Shown: one piece after another, positions 52,084 through 62,453 of the stretch
How positions within the stretch are numbered: the first letter of the stretch is position 1
Layout: the number at the start of each line of letters is the position of its first letter
Assembly (NCBI GenBank): GCA_963797925.1
Contig: CAWCQZ010000002.1
Span: 471,862-535,861, forward strand
Direction of reading: 5' to 3'
Origin: Ilumatobacteraceae bacterium
Lineage (GTDB): Bacteria; Actinomycetota; Acidimicrobiia; Acidimicrobiales; Ilumatobacteraceae
Length of the DNA: 64,000 nucleotides
The notes under the pieces: model-generated
Told to the model about the DNA's origin: nothing
Databases searched by the model: none
What the model saw: the letters and a program-made list of their open reading frames with translations, nothing else
Translations under genes and position numbers: made by a program

Positions 52084-53345
52084 AGCTGCTCATCACCGGT
52101 GGCACCGTCATCGACTCGAACGGTGGGCGTCAGGCCGATGTCCACATCGCCGACGGGCACGTCGTCGAGACCTGCGTGCCCGAGACGACGATCGATGCCA
52201 CCGGCCTCGTCGTCAGCCCAGGCTTCGTGGATCTGCACACACACCTCCGCGAGCCCGGCAAGGAGGAGGCCGAGACGATCGAGACCGGATCGCGCGCCGC
52301 TGCGCTCGGTGGCTACACCGCCATCGTCGCCATGCCCAACACCGACCCCACACAGGACTGTGTGAGCGTCGTCGACTTCGTGCGGCGTCAAGGCATCACC
52401 GCCGGATTGTGCGACGTCCGCCCATCGGGGTCCATCACCGTCGGCCGACGAGGCACGCAACTCACCCCGTTCGCCGAACTCGCCGCCGTCGGTGTGAAGT
52501 TGTTCACCGACGACGGGAACGGCGTGCAGGATCCGCAGCTGATGCGGCGGGCGTTCGAGTACGCCAAGGGGCTCGGCGTCACCATGGCGCAGCACTGCGA
52601 AGTCGAGGCGCTCACCGGTGGAGCGGTGATGCACGAAGGCGACTGCTGCAGCCATCTCGGATTGCCCGGCTGGCCGGCGCTCGCCGAGGAACTGATGGTG
52701 CATCGCGACATCGAGTTGGTGCGCCTCACCGGAGCGCCCGCACACTTCTTGCACCTCTCGACGGCGAGGAGCGTCGAGCTCGTCCGTGCTGCGAAAGCCG
52801 ACGGCCTGCCGATCACGGCCGAGGCCACGCCGCATCACATCAGCCTCACCGACGACCTGCTCCGCTCGTACAGCGCGATCTACAAGGTCAACCCGCCGCT
52901 CCGAACGATGGACGACGTCGACGCAGTCCGCGCCGGCCTCGTCGACGGCACGATCGACGCGATTGCGACCGATCATGCTCCGCACGTCTCCGAGTCCAAG
53001 GAACAGCCACTCGATCAAGCGCCCCCGGGAATGGTCGGTCTCGAGACGGCGCTCGGCGTGGCGATTGCGCACCTCGACATGCCGCTCGCCGACATCGTCG
53101 CAACGCTCTCGTGGAAGCCCGCGAAGATCGCCGGCCTCGAAGAAGCGCACGGTCGCGACATCGAGCCGGGTTCGCCCGCCAACCTCACGATCTTCGACCC
53201 GGACGAAGAGTGGGAAGTGGTCCCGGCCATGCTCGCCAGCAAGAGCCACAACACCCCCTTCGTCGGCGTTCCGCTGAAGGGCAGGACGAAGCACACCATC
53301 CTGAACGGCGAATTCACAGTGAAAGACGGACAGGCCACGAGATGA
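52080..53345 (+). CDS. pyrC: Dihydroorotase
   Basis: DLHTHLREPG, AMPNT, ATPHH, KVNPPLR, IATDHAPH. Confidence 0.95.
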   Translation: MKLLITGGTVIDSNGGRQADVHIADGHVVETCVPETTIDATGLVVSPGFVDLHTHLREPGKEEAETIETGSRAAALGGYTAIVAMPNTDPTQDCVSVVDFVRRQGITAGLCDVRPSGSITVGRRGTQLTPFAELAAVGVKLFTDDGNGVQDPQLMRRAFEYAKGLGVTMAQHCEVEALTGGAVMHEGDCCSHLGLPGWPALAEELMVHRDIELVRLTGAPAHFLHLSTARSVELVRAAKADGLPITAEATPHHISLTDDLLRSYSAIYKVNPPLRTMDDVDAVRAGLVDGTIDAIATDHAPHVSESKEQPLDQAPPGMVGLETALGVAIAHLDMPLADIVATLSWKPAKIAGLEEAHGRDIEPGSPANLTIFDPDEEWEVVPAMLASKSHNTPFVGVPLKGRTKHTILNGEFTVKDGQATR

Positions 53346-53413
53346 ACCACACCAGAATGCATGAACATGCACTAACCTGGATGCTCATGCAATCCGAAGG
53401 ATGCAATCCATGA
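53342..53413 (+). other. Bridging mini-ORF ([23 protein letters not shown]) between pyrC and carA
   Basis: ATGA overlaps at both ends; ATGAACC duplicated at 53342 and 53410. Confidence 0.55.
53358..53391. promoter_or_regulatory. Tandem ArgR-like (ARG) boxes upstream of carA
   Basis: TGCAT-GAAC-ATGCA (53358-53371) and TGGAT-GCTC-ATGCA (53378-53391) at 20-bp period. Confidence 0.7.
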
Positions 53414-54543
53414 ACCCCACCGAAGGACAGCTCGTACTCGCGGACGGCAGCACGTTCGAAGGCGATCTGATCGGCGCACACGTGCCGATCTCGACGGGCG
53501 AGGTCGTGTTCAACACGTGCTTGACCGGCTACCAGGAAGTGATCACCGACCCCAGCTATGCGGGGCAGATCATCACGTTCACGTACCCCCACATCGGCAA
53601 CTACGGCATCAATGCCACCGATTTCGAATCCGTCGGAACGTTCTGCCGCGGCGTCGTCGTGCGCGACCTGGCGCGTCGACACAGCAACTTCCGCGCTCAA
53701 GCCGATCTCGGGTCGATGCTCTTCCAGCAGGGTGTGCCTGGCATCGCCGGTATCGACACACGCCGCCTCACCCGCTTGATCCGTGACACAGGCGCGATCC
53801 CCGGAGCGTTCGGCTCGGCGTCGCACGACGAACTGTTCGCTGCCGCTCGGGCCGAACCCGGAACCGACGGCATCGACCTCGTTCGCACCGTCACCACGCC
53901 GGTGGGCTACTCGGTTCCCGCAGTCGACCCCGACAGTCGTCGACGGATCGTGGCGGTCGACTTCGGCATGAAGCGCAACATCGCATTGAGCCTGGCGAAG
54001 TACGGCCACGTCGACGTCGTACGAGCCGACACGAGCGCGGCCGACATCCGCGCCATGGACCCGGCCGGCGTGTTCCTGTCGAACGGACCCGGCGACCCGG
54101 TGATGTCGCCGTATGCCGTCGAGACGATCGGGGGGTTGCTCGGTGAGTTGCCGATCTTCGGAATCTGCCTGGGTCATCAACTGCTCGGACGCGCCATCGG
54201 CGCCGACACCGTCAAGCTCCCGTTCGGTCACCACGGGGCCAACCATCCTGTGAAGAACCTGGACACCGACAAGATCGAGATCACCAGCCAGAACCACAAC
54301 TTCGCCGTGGACGCCGGATCACTGCCGGCCGGTGCGGAGATGACCCACGTCAACCTGAACGACGGTGTCTGCGAAGGCCTGAAGGTCGCCTCCGAGCAGG
54401 CGTTCAGCGTGCAGCACCATCCTGAGGCGAACCCCGGCCCGCACGATGCGAACTACCTCTTCGGTCAGTTCGCGGAGATGATGGATCACGCCGCTTCGAA
54501 CGGAAAGCCGGCTCCCGTGCCGAACGGAAAGGCGGCACGCTGA
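53410..54543 (+). CDS. carA: Carbamoyl-phosphate synthase small subunit
   Basis: [38 protein letters not shown]. Start 53410 or 53401. Confidence 0.96.
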   Translation: MNPTEGQLVLADGSTFEGDLIGAHVPISTGEVVFNTCLTGYQEVITDPSYAGQIITFTYPHIGNYGINATDFESVGTFCRGVVVRDLARRHSNFRAQADLGSMLFQQGVPGIAGIDTRRLTRLIRDTGAIPGAFGSASHDELFAAARAEPGTDGIDLVRTVTTPVGYSVPAVDPDSRRRIVAVDFGMKRNIALSLAKYGHVDVVRADTSAADIRAMDPAGVFLSNGPGDPVMSPYAVETIGGLLGELPIFGICLGHQLLGRAIGADTVKLPFGHHGANHPVKNLDTDKIEITSQNHNFAVDAGSLPAGAEMTHVNLNDGVCEGLKVASEQAFSVQHHPEANPGPHDANYLFGQFAEMMDHAASNGKPAPVPNGKAAR

Positions 54544-57500
54544 TGCCCAAGCGCACCGACCTCCAATCGATCCTGATCATCGGCTCCGGGCCGATCGTGA
54601 TCGGCCAAGCGTGTGAGTTCGACTACTCCGGTACCCAGGCGTGCCGTGTGTTGAAGGAGGAGGGCTACCGCGTCATCCTCGCCAACTCGAACCCGGCGAC
54701 GATCATGACCGACCCGGACTTCGCCGATGCGACGTACATCGAGCCGCTCACCTGGGAGGTGCTGTCGGCGATCATCGACAAGGAGCAGCCGGACGCCGTG
54801 CTGCCAACCCTCGGCGGCCAGACGGGTCTCAACCTGGCAATGGAACTGTTCGAGCGCGGCCTCATCGGTGTTCCGGGCAAACCGGAGATGATCGGAGCGA
54901 ACGCCGAGGCGATCGACACCGCAGAGAACCGCAACAAGTTCAAGATCGCGATGACGGAGATCGGCCTCGAGTCGTGCCGGTCGGCGATCGCCCACACGAT
55001 GGGTGAGGCCTATCGAGCTGTCAAGGAGATCGGCCTGCCGATCATCATCCGCCCGGCGTACATCCTCGGCGGACGCGGCACGGGCATTGCCTGGACCAAG
55101 GAGGAGTTCGCCGAAGCGGCGCAGATCGGCCTGGATGCGAGCCCGATCAGCGAGATCCTCATCGAGGAGTCGATCGTCGGCTGGAAGGAATACGAACTCG
55201 AGGTGATGCGCGACCACGCCGACAACTGCGTGATCATCTGCGGCATCGAGAACGTCGACCCCATGGGAGTGCACACCGGCGACTCGATCACGGTCGCGCC
55301 GATCCAGACGCTCACCGACGTCGAGTATCAACAGATGCGCGACGCAGCGATCGCCTGCATCCGACGGGTGGGTGTGGAGACCGGCGGCTCGAACGTGCAG
55401 TTCGCGGTCAACCCGGCCGACGGTCGCCAGGTCGTGATCGAGATGAACCCGCGTGTCTCGCGTTCCAGCGCGCTCGCCTCGAAGGCCACCGGCTTCCCGA
55501 TCGCGAAGATCGCCGCCAAGCTGGCGATCGGATACACGCTCGACGAGATCCCCAACGACATCACCGCAACACAGGAGTCGTCGACGCCTGCGTCGTTCGA
55601 ACCGGTTCTCGACTACGTGGTCACGAAGATCCCGCGGTGGGCGTTCGAGAAGCTGCCCGGCGCATCGGGTGTGCTCGGCACGCAGATGCAGGCCGTCGGC
55701 GAGGTCATGGCGATCGGGCGAACCTTCCCCGAGAGTCTGCAGAAGGCACTGCGCTCGCTGGAAGACGGCCGTTACGGGTTGAACTGCGACCCGGGGGAGG
55801 AGCGCTACACAGCGGAATACGCAGCCGATGCGGACCTGCTCGCTCAGGCCTGCATCCCCACGCCGGACCGCATCCTGCAGGTCGGCGAGCTGCTCAAGCG
55901 CGGCATCACCGTCGACGAGATCAACGACGCGACGAAGATCGACGTGTGGTTCCTCGACCAGATGTCGATCATCACCGAGGAACGCCACGCGCTCGCCACG
56001 CTCGGCATGGCCGCCATGACGAAACGCGGTTGGAAGCGCGCCAAGCAGATCGGTTTCGCCGACGCACAGCTCGCCTACCTGTGGGGCGTCGACGAGATGG
56101 ACGTGCGCACGGCGCGCATCGCCGCCGGGGTCATCCCGACGTACAAGACCGTGGACACCTGCGCTGCGGAATTCGCAGCCGAGACGCCGTACCACTACTC
56201 GACCTACGAAGACGAGAACGAGGTCCGCCCGTCGGACGGCACGAAGGTGATGATCCTCGGGTCGGGTCCGAACCGGATCGGGCAGGGCATCGAGTTCGAC
56301 TACTGCTGCGTCCACGCCTCGTTCGCGCTACGCGACGCGGGCTTCGAGACGATCATGGTGAACTGCAACCCGGAGACGGTGTCGACCGACTACGACACGT
56401 CCGATCGGCTCTACTTCGAGCCGCTCACCAGGGAAGACGTACTCAACATCATCGACGCGGAACAGCCGCACAAGGTGATCGTGTCGCTCGGTGGGCAGAC
56501 GCCGCTGAAGCTCTCAGGAGAGATCCCACTCGACCTCGTGGCCGGTACCTCATCGGATTCGATCGATGCCGCCGAAGACCGCGAACGCTGGAACGTCATC
56601 TGCGACGAACTCGAGATTCCTCAACCTCCCGGGGGCACAGCGGTGAACCTCGACGAGGCGTTGGCGATCTCCGACGACATCGGGTTCCCGGTGCTCGTCC
56701 GTCCGAGCTACGTGCTCGGTGGCCGCGCCATGCAGATCGTCCACGACCGCGATCATCTGGCATCCGCGATGGAAGAGCTCGCTGGTTTCGGGTCGCTCGG
56801 CAAGGAGGGTGGACTGTCCGCCGAACGTCCGGTCCTGGTGGACCGGTTCCTCGCCGACGCGACCGAAGTCGACGTCGATGCGATCCGCGATCACACCGGC
56901 GAAGTGCTGATCGGCGGCGTGATGGAACACGTCGAGGAGGCCGGTGTGCACTCCGGTGACTCGGCATGTGCGATCCCGCCCCAGACGTTGCCCAACTGGG
57001 TCGTCGAAGTGATCGAGTCGTACGCCGCAGCGATCGCCAAGCGCCTCGACGTGCGCGGGCTGATCAACGTGCAGTTCGCCGTGGCCGGTACCACCGTCTA
57101 CGTGATCGAAGCCAACCCACGTGCCAGCCGTACGGTGCCGTTCGTGGCGAAGGCGACCGGCGTGCCGCTTGCCAAGGTGGCGACTCGGGTGATGCTCGGA
57201 GCGACGCTCGCCGAGCTGCGTGAAGAGGGTCTGGTGAAGCCACCGGTCGGCGGCGGACACCACGGCCCGCGTGGTGGCGTGGACGGCCCGTCGCCGCACG
57301 TGGCGGTCAAGGAAGCGGTGCTCCCGTTCACGCGGTTCCCCGAAGTCGACCCGGCGCTCGGCCCGGAGATGCGTTCCACCGGCGAGGTCATGGGGATCGA
57401 CACGACGTTCGGTCGAGCCTTCTACAAAGCGGAACTCGCGGCCGGGACCGTGTTGCCGACATCCGCCGAGGACGGGATGGTCTTCCTGTCGCTCGCCGAC

Positions 57501-57914
57501 AAGGACAAGCCCGCAGGTCTGGTGGTCGCTACCCGTCTTCGTGCGCTCGGGCTCGGCATCGCCGCCACGGCCGGGACCGCCGCGTACCTCGCCAAGTTCG
57601 ATCAGCCCGCCGACCAGATCGTCGCCAAGGTGCACAACGACGGCGAGCGCTCGGACGAGGATCCGTCGTTGCCGACCGCGCCGGACCTGATCGCCGACGG
57701 CAAGATCGGGTTCGTGGTCAACACCCCGAGCGGCAAGGCCGCCCGCAGCGACGGCGCCACCATTCGCAAGGCAGCGAGCCTGCACCACGTCAGCTGTGTC
57801 ACCACCGTCGCCGCAGCGCTGGCGGCCGCGCAAGGTCTGGCCGAGCGACACGGCAGCACCCTGAGTGTCCGCAGCTTGCAGGAGTATCACGCAACGGGCG
57901 GGGCGACCGACTGA
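54543..57914 (+). CDS. carB: Carbamoyl-phosphate synthase large subunit
   Basis: [46 protein letters not shown] domain. Confidence 0.97.
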   Translation: MPKRTDLQSILIIGSGPIVIGQACEFDYSGTQACRVLKEEGYRVILANSNPATIMTDPDFADATYIEPLTWEVLSAIIDKEQPDAVLPTLGGQTGLNLAMELFERGLIGVPGKPEMIGANAEAIDTAENRNKFKIAMTEIGLESCRSAIAHTMGEAYRAVKEIGLPIIIRPAYILGGRGTGIAWTKEEFAEAAQIGLDASPISEILIEESIVGWKEYELEVMRDHADNCVIICGIENVDPMGVHTGDSITVAPIQTLTDVEYQQMRDAAIACIRRVGVETGGSNVQFAVNPADGRQVVIEMNPRVSRSSALASKATGFPIAKIAAKLAIGYTLDEIPNDITATQESSTPASFEPVLDYVVTKIPRWAFEKLPGASGVLGTQMQAVGEVMAIGRTFPESLQKALRSLEDGRYGLNCDPGEERYTAEYAADADLLAQACIPTPDRILQVGELLKRGITVDEINDATKIDVWFLDQMSIITEERHALATLGMAAMTKRGWKRAKQIGFADAQLAYLWGVDEMDVRTARIAAGVIPTYKTVDTCAAEFAAETPYHYSTYEDENEVRPSDGTKVMILGSGPNRIGQGIEFDYCCVHASFALRDAGFETIMVNCNPETVSTDYDTSDRLYFEPLTREDVLNIIDAEQPHKVIVSLGGQTPLKLSGEIPLDLVAGTSSDSIDAAEDRERWNVICDELEIPQPPGGTAVNLDEALAISDDIGFPVLVRPSYVLGGRAMQIVHDRDHLASAMEELAGFGSLGKEGGLSAERPVLVDRFLADATEVDVDAIRDHTGEVLIGGVMEHVEEAGVHSGDSACAIPPQTLPNWVVEVIESYAAAIAKRLDVRGLINVQFAVAGTTVYVIEANPRASRTVPFVAKATGVPLAKVATRVMLGATLAELREEGLVKPPVGGGHHGPRGGVDGPSPHVAVKEAVLPFTRFPEVDPALGPEMRSTGEVMGIDTTFGRAFYKAELAAGTVLPTSAEDGMVFLSLADKDKPAGLVVATRLRALGLGIAATAGTAAYLAKFDQPADQIVAKVHNDGERSDEDPSLPTAPDLIADGKIGFVVNTPSGKAARSDGATIRKAASLHHVSCVTTVAAALAAAQGLAERHGSTLSVRSLQEYHATGGATD

Positions 57915-58810
57915 TGCACGTGCAGGTCGGGTCGATCACGCTGCCGGGCCCGGTGATGGCTGCGTCCGGTACCGCCGGCTACGGCAGCGAGCTCGCGTCG
58001 TTCATGGACCTGTCGCAACTCGGCGCAGTCGTCACCAAGTCGCTCGCGCCCTACGAGTGGGCGGGGAACCCGGCGCCGCGTGTTCATCCGACAGCGCAGG
58101 GGATGATGAACGCGGTCGGTCTGCAGGGCCCGGGCATCGAATACTGGTTGAAGCATGTGCTCCCGGATCTGTTGGCGACCGGCGCCACCGTGGTCTGTTC
58201 GATCTGGGGGCGGTCCCTCGACGACTACCGCCTCGCCGCCGAGCAACTCGCCGAGGCTCCCGACGGCGTGGTCGCCGTGGAGGTCAACCTCTCGTGCCCG
58301 AACCTCGCCGGACACGGGATCTTCGCGCACGACCTGGAGCTGTCCGCTGCGGTGATCGAGGCGACCGAAGCGTGCAGCCGGCCTCGCTGGGCCAAGTTGA
58401 GTGCGAACACCGACCGGACGGTCGACGTGGCCCGAGCGGTGCGAGACGCCGGCGCCGAAGCGGTCACGTGCATCAACACGCTCCTCGGGTTCGGCTACGA
58501 CCCCGACACGTTGCAGCCCGTGCTCGGCGCTGGTGGAGGCGGCCTCTCCGGGAGAGCGATCCACCCGGTTGCAGTGCGCACCGTCCACGACCTCCACGCT
58601 GAATTGCCCGACCTCCCGATCATCGGGGTCGGGGGAGTGGCGTCGGGCTGGGATGCGGCGGAGTTGCTGCTTGCCGGGGCCACTGCCGTGCAGGTCGGCA
58701 CCGCGACGTTCGCCGACCCGGCGGCACCATCGAAGGTGCAGGACGAACTGCTCGACTGGATGTCTGAACGTGGGATCGCACGCACGACAGATGCCGCTGC
58801 ACTAACGTGA
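57914..58810 (+). CDS. pyrD: Dihydroorotate dehydrogenase, family 1
   Basis: ASGTAG, VTKS, NAVGLQGPG, EVNLSCPN, GGLSG, IIGVGGV. Confidence 0.92.
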   Translation: MHVQVGSITLPGPVMAASGTAGYGSELASFMDLSQLGAVVTKSLAPYEWAGNPAPRVHPTAQGMMNAVGLQGPGIEYWLKHVLPDLLATGATVVCSIWGRSLDDYRLAAEQLAEAPDGVVAVEVNLSCPNLAGHGIFAHDLELSAAVIEATEACSRPRWAKLSANTDRTVDVARAVRDAGAEAVTCINTLLGFGYDPDTLQPVLGAGGGGLSGRAIHPVAVRTVHDLHAELPDLPIIGVGGVASGWDAAELLLAGATAVQVGTATFADPAAPSKVQDELLDWMSERGIARTTDAAALT

Positions 58811-58814
58811 TTCC

Positions 58815-59123
58815 ATGGCCACACCACCACAGTTGACCCCCGAACAGCGGGCGGCGGCGCTGCAGAAGGCAGCTGAGGCTCGGACTGCTCGCGCCGAGAT
58901 CAAGGCTCGCCTGAAGATGGGCACGATGTCGCTGAAGGAAGCGCTGGACTCCGACGATTCAAACGTCGGCAAGTTGAAGTGCGTCTCGATGCTGGAGTCG
59001 TTGCCAGGAGTCGGCAAGGTCAAAGCTCGTCGCCTGATGGAGGAGATCGGCATCGCCGACAACCGTCGCGTGCAGGGGCTGGGTGCTCAGCAGCGCAAAG
59101 CGCTGCTCGACGAACTGCATTGA
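58815..59123 (+). CDS. mihF: Actinobacterial integration host factor
   Basis: LTPEQRAAALQKA, LESLPGVGKVKA, RRVQGLG. Confidence 0.92.
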   Translation: MATPPQLTPEQRAAALQKAAEARTARAEIKARLKMGTMSLKEALDSDDSNVGKLKCVSMLESLPGVGKVKARRLMEEIGIADNRRVQGLGAQQRKALLDELH

Positions 59124-59190
59124 AACGACCGGGATCTCAAGCGCCGCGATCCGCTCTGATCGTTTGCTGTCGCAACGATAGGTTGTCTCG

Positions 59191-59727
59191 ATGATCATCG
59201 TCGTGTCCGGCCCCGGCGGTGTGGGCAAGGGAACCATCGTGGACGCGCTCGTCAAGCGTGACCCGCAGCTGTGGTTGAGTCGATCGTGGACCACCCGCGA
59301 GCAGCGCCCGTCCGAGACCGACGACGCATACGTGTTCACCACCGCCGAAGAGTTCGACGAACGCATCTCGGCTGACGGCTTCCTCGAGTGGACCGAGTTC
59401 CTCGGCAACTACTACGGCACACCGACCCCCGAGGTCGGCGATGAACGGGACCTCGTGCTCGAGATCGAGGTGGACGGTGCGCAGCAGGTCAAGCGGGTCG
59501 CTCCTGAAGCGATGCTGATCTTCGTGATGCCGCCCTCACGCGAGGAACAGGAACGACGCCTGCGCGGTCGTGGCGACGTGGACCACAAGGTGCACGCTCG
59601 GCTGAAGAAGGCCGAAGAGGAAGAGCCGATCGGCCGCAAGCTCGCCGATCACGTCGTCGTCAACGACGACCTCGAGACGACGATCGACGAGATGCTCGCG
59701 ATCATCGACGCCGCCCGCTGCGGCTGA
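59191..59727 (+). CDS. gmk: Guanylate kinase
   Basis: SGPGGVGKGT, SWTTR, YYGTP, LEIEVDGA, RLRGRG. Confidence 0.93.
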   Translation: MIIVVSGPGGVGKGTIVDALVKRDPQLWLSRSWTTREQRPSETDDAYVFTTAEEFDERISADGFLEWTEFLGNYYGTPTPEVGDERDLVLEIEVDGAQQVKRVAPEAMLIFVMPPSREEQERRLRGRGDVDHKVHARLKKAEEEEPIGRKLADHVVVNDDLETTIDEMLAIIDAARCG

Positions 59728-59889
59728 AGGCTGGTGAGTAACGCTGAGGCGATTCGTGCTGCCGGTCTCGCCCAGCTCAGTCAACGACTGTGACCCGCAC
59801 CGGTTTTCCGGAGCAGCCGGAGGGCGCGACGCCCTGAGTTCGATCAGAGACGTCGGGTTGCGCCTCGTTCCGAAGTCGTCGTTGTGGAC

Positions 59890-61345
59890 TCATGCAGCAT
59901 CTGCCTCGCAGGCGGCTCGAAGGCGTGCTCGTGCGATGTTGGTCATCTCTTTGATCTCGTCGGGGGTGTCGGGTCGGTCGTCGGGGTCGTCTTCCGCATG
60001 GAACTGGGGTGTTCGTGCTCCGACGGGGAGGATGATGGTGCCGTCGGGTCGGATCGTGTAGTCGATGCCGTTCGTTGCCCGTTGTCGTCTGAGTTTGAGG
60101 TGGTGTTTGGCGTTGTTGTGTTTGGCGCAGAGGATGCCGGCGTTGTTCTGGTCTGTTCGGCCGTGTTCGTTCCATTCTGTGTTGTGGTCGACGTCGGACC
60201 AGCCGGTGGGGAGGTCGCAGCCGGGGTGTTGGCAGCATCTGATGAGGAGTTTTGCGGCGTCACGGGCGGGGCCTCGGAAGAGTCGTTTCTTGCGTCCGTA
60301 GTCGATGACGTGGCCGTTGGAATCCAAGACGACTCGTCGGATGTGGCCGGCGAGGACGGCTCGAAGCACGTCGTGGGGGTGGACCGGGTACGCCGCGGTC
60401 GGTTTCGCAGCGGATCGAGCCGAGTCCGGCCGGGTCGGCCATGAGGTCTTCGAGGAGGGTGTTGGATGCGGGGAGTCCGGTGAACGGGTCCACCGGGAGT
60501 CCGTTGATCGATGTGGGTGCGAGGCCGGCGGCGGTCATGATGCGGGCGAAGGTGGTGGAGTCGGTGACGATGTTGACCACGGTGGCGGCTGCTGTGCCGT
60601 CGACACCAGCCTTCGCAGTCGACGCTGCTGCGCGGAAGATGGCGATGATCGCGTCGTAGGAGCGTTGCGCGGCTGTTCGTGCGAGCTCGTGGTTGTGTGC
60701 GTCGTTGCCGTGGAGGTCGCGGCGGGCTGCGAGGTCGTTGTCGAGTTCGGCTGTGCAGAAGGTTTCGTAGATGCCGATGATCTCGTCGGTGGTGACGCCG
60801 TCGCCACCGGCGACTCGAATGTCGAGTGATGAGGCGACGTTGGTGACGTTGGCGTTGCGATGCTCGATCGCGTCGTCGCGTTGATCGTGGGCTCCGTCGG
60901 CGTCGGCTTGGGTGACGAAGTGAGCAACAGTGACGGCGAAGTCCTCGAAACTCATTTCTTCGGCGTTCACCAGCAAGAACGGCAAGAAGGCGGGCAACAT
61001 GTCGCGGACCCGCCTGTTGCCGTGAGTCGTCGCGAGCAGGGCGACCTGCGGGGCGCCGATGCGACCCCGGAGCCAGGCATCGCCGATCGACGGCAACGCA
61101 TCCACCGCAGCCGCCACGGACCGCCAGCGAGACACTTCGTGGTTGGACCAATTGCATGTGGCTTTGAGATAGCCCTTCATCGAGCGGTGAGCGTCGGCCT
61201 GATGGATCGAACGAGCGTCAGCGACTGCGATCGCCGCTGCCAGCTCGGTCTGGGTCTCACGGTTCTGCAGTTCGAGCTCGCGGATTCGCTCGTCCAGGCC
61301 CGAGTCGGTGAGGTCCACCAACCCGGAAACCAACACCTCGAACAT
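59890..61345 (-). CDS. DUF222 / HNH endonuclease-signature protein (13E12-repeat-like; frameshift near 60380)
   Basis: MFE start, RTAAQRSYDA, GRKKRLF, CQHPGC..DVDH..W..GRTDQNNAGILCAKHN; codon usage differs from core genes. Confidence 0.85.
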
Positions 61346-61594
61346 GTGGACAATTGTATCGAACACACGCGCGTGTGCCGGTCTCTCGATTCGACGCTCG
61401 AAATGTGGCGCACGGGCCGGTTCGCGGCTGCCCGGAGATGGCGCTGAAGGAACACGAGCGCAACCATTGGTCGCCGAGTGAGGACCTTGCACGGAACGAT
61501 TCTGGCGCTGTCCTGCAACGTCAGCAGGTGCCTCTCCACGCAGTCTGGTGGAAAAGAAATCTCAGAGAATTCCTGAGAAATCCTGTCGTCTGCC

Positions 61595-62068
61595 TCAGTC
61601 ACCGGACCGGTCGGCGAGCACCGGTCGAAGGTTGGCGTCGACCTGATCGAGGACCGACGTCAAGGTGGCGAGATCGCTGTCAGAGACTCCGGCGAACACG
61701 ATCTCGCGTTCAGCTCGGACGTCGCCGGCGAGTCGGCGGGCACGTGCTTTGCCCTGTCGTGTGAGGGCGAGTACCCGGGCGCGCCGGTCGTCAGGGTCTT
61801 CGGTGCGCTCGACGAAACCAGCGACGACGAGTCGTTCGACCAGCCGGCTGACGTTCGGGCCGTCATCGAGCGCGACCTCGACCAGTGCACTCTGGGAGAG
61901 CGGGCCGGTTTCGTGGAGCTTCATCACGATGAAGAACTTCTCCGGTGTCAGTTCGCTGTCGTGCGCATCGAGGAACCGCCCGAGGTGGGTCAGCAGCAGG
62001 CGGTTCGATCGATGCAGGCGATACGCCAGCGCCTGCTCGATCGGTGAGTGATGTGGGGAATCCTTCAC
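61595..62068 (-). CDS. MarR-family regulator
   Basis: LSQSAL, VSRLVERLVVAGFVER, DPDDRRA..LALTRQG; GTGA overlap with the upstream gene. Confidence 0.88.
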   Translation of the reverse strand: MKDSPHHSPIEQALAYRLHRSNRLLLTHLGRFLDAHDSELTPEKFFIVMKLHETGPLSQSALVEVALDDGPNVSRLVERLVVAGFVERTEDPDDRRARVLALTRQGKARARRLAGDVRAEREIVFAGVSDSDLATLTSVLDQVDANLRPVLADRSGD

Positions 62069-62364
62069 GGTCCGACCAACGTTGCGTCGTAGTACGCCGA
62101 GTTCGGCGGTGCAGCGAGGCAATCCTCGAGGGTGGCGAGCGATTCTGCGAAGTAGTCGGATTGTTGGTACGCGTCGAACGCCACTCGGTCGGTCCACTCT
62201 TCGGCGATCAGCACGTGATGGTCGTCGTTGGCGTCGACGGACACGACGTAGAACTCGCAGCCGGCGAAGTCTCGTGGGACCACGGCGGCCTCCTCGGCGA
62301 GACGCTCGACGACGGTCGCGCGGCCTTCCGGTGAACAGGTGAGGGCGACTCGGGCAGTGAACAT
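62065..62364 (-). CDS. ABM-family (putative quinol) monooxygenase
   Basis: 99 aa, GCEFY, IAEEWTDRVAFDAYQQS; GGAGA SD. Confidence 0.8.
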   Translation of the reverse strand: MFTARVALTCSPEGRATVVERLAEEAAVVPRDFAGCEFYVVSVDANDDHHVLIAEEWTDRVAFDAYQQSDYFAESLATLEDCLAAPPNSAYYDATLVGP

Positions 62365-62378
62365 GTTGTCTCCAATGT

Positions 62379-62410
62379 GGGCGAACGCAATAGGGGCGAA
62401 CGCAACTATA
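62379..62410 (-). promoter_or_regulatory. Probable operator overlapping a -10 element
   Basis: GGGCGAACGCAA twice (62379 and 62394); imperfect palindrome TAGTTGCG-TT-CGCCCCTA overlaps minus-strand TATAGT (62405-62410). Confidence 0.5.
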
Positions 62411-62453
62411 TGAGAAGCGGAGGCCGCCTGCAATGGGCGAGGCGCTCCGCTAG

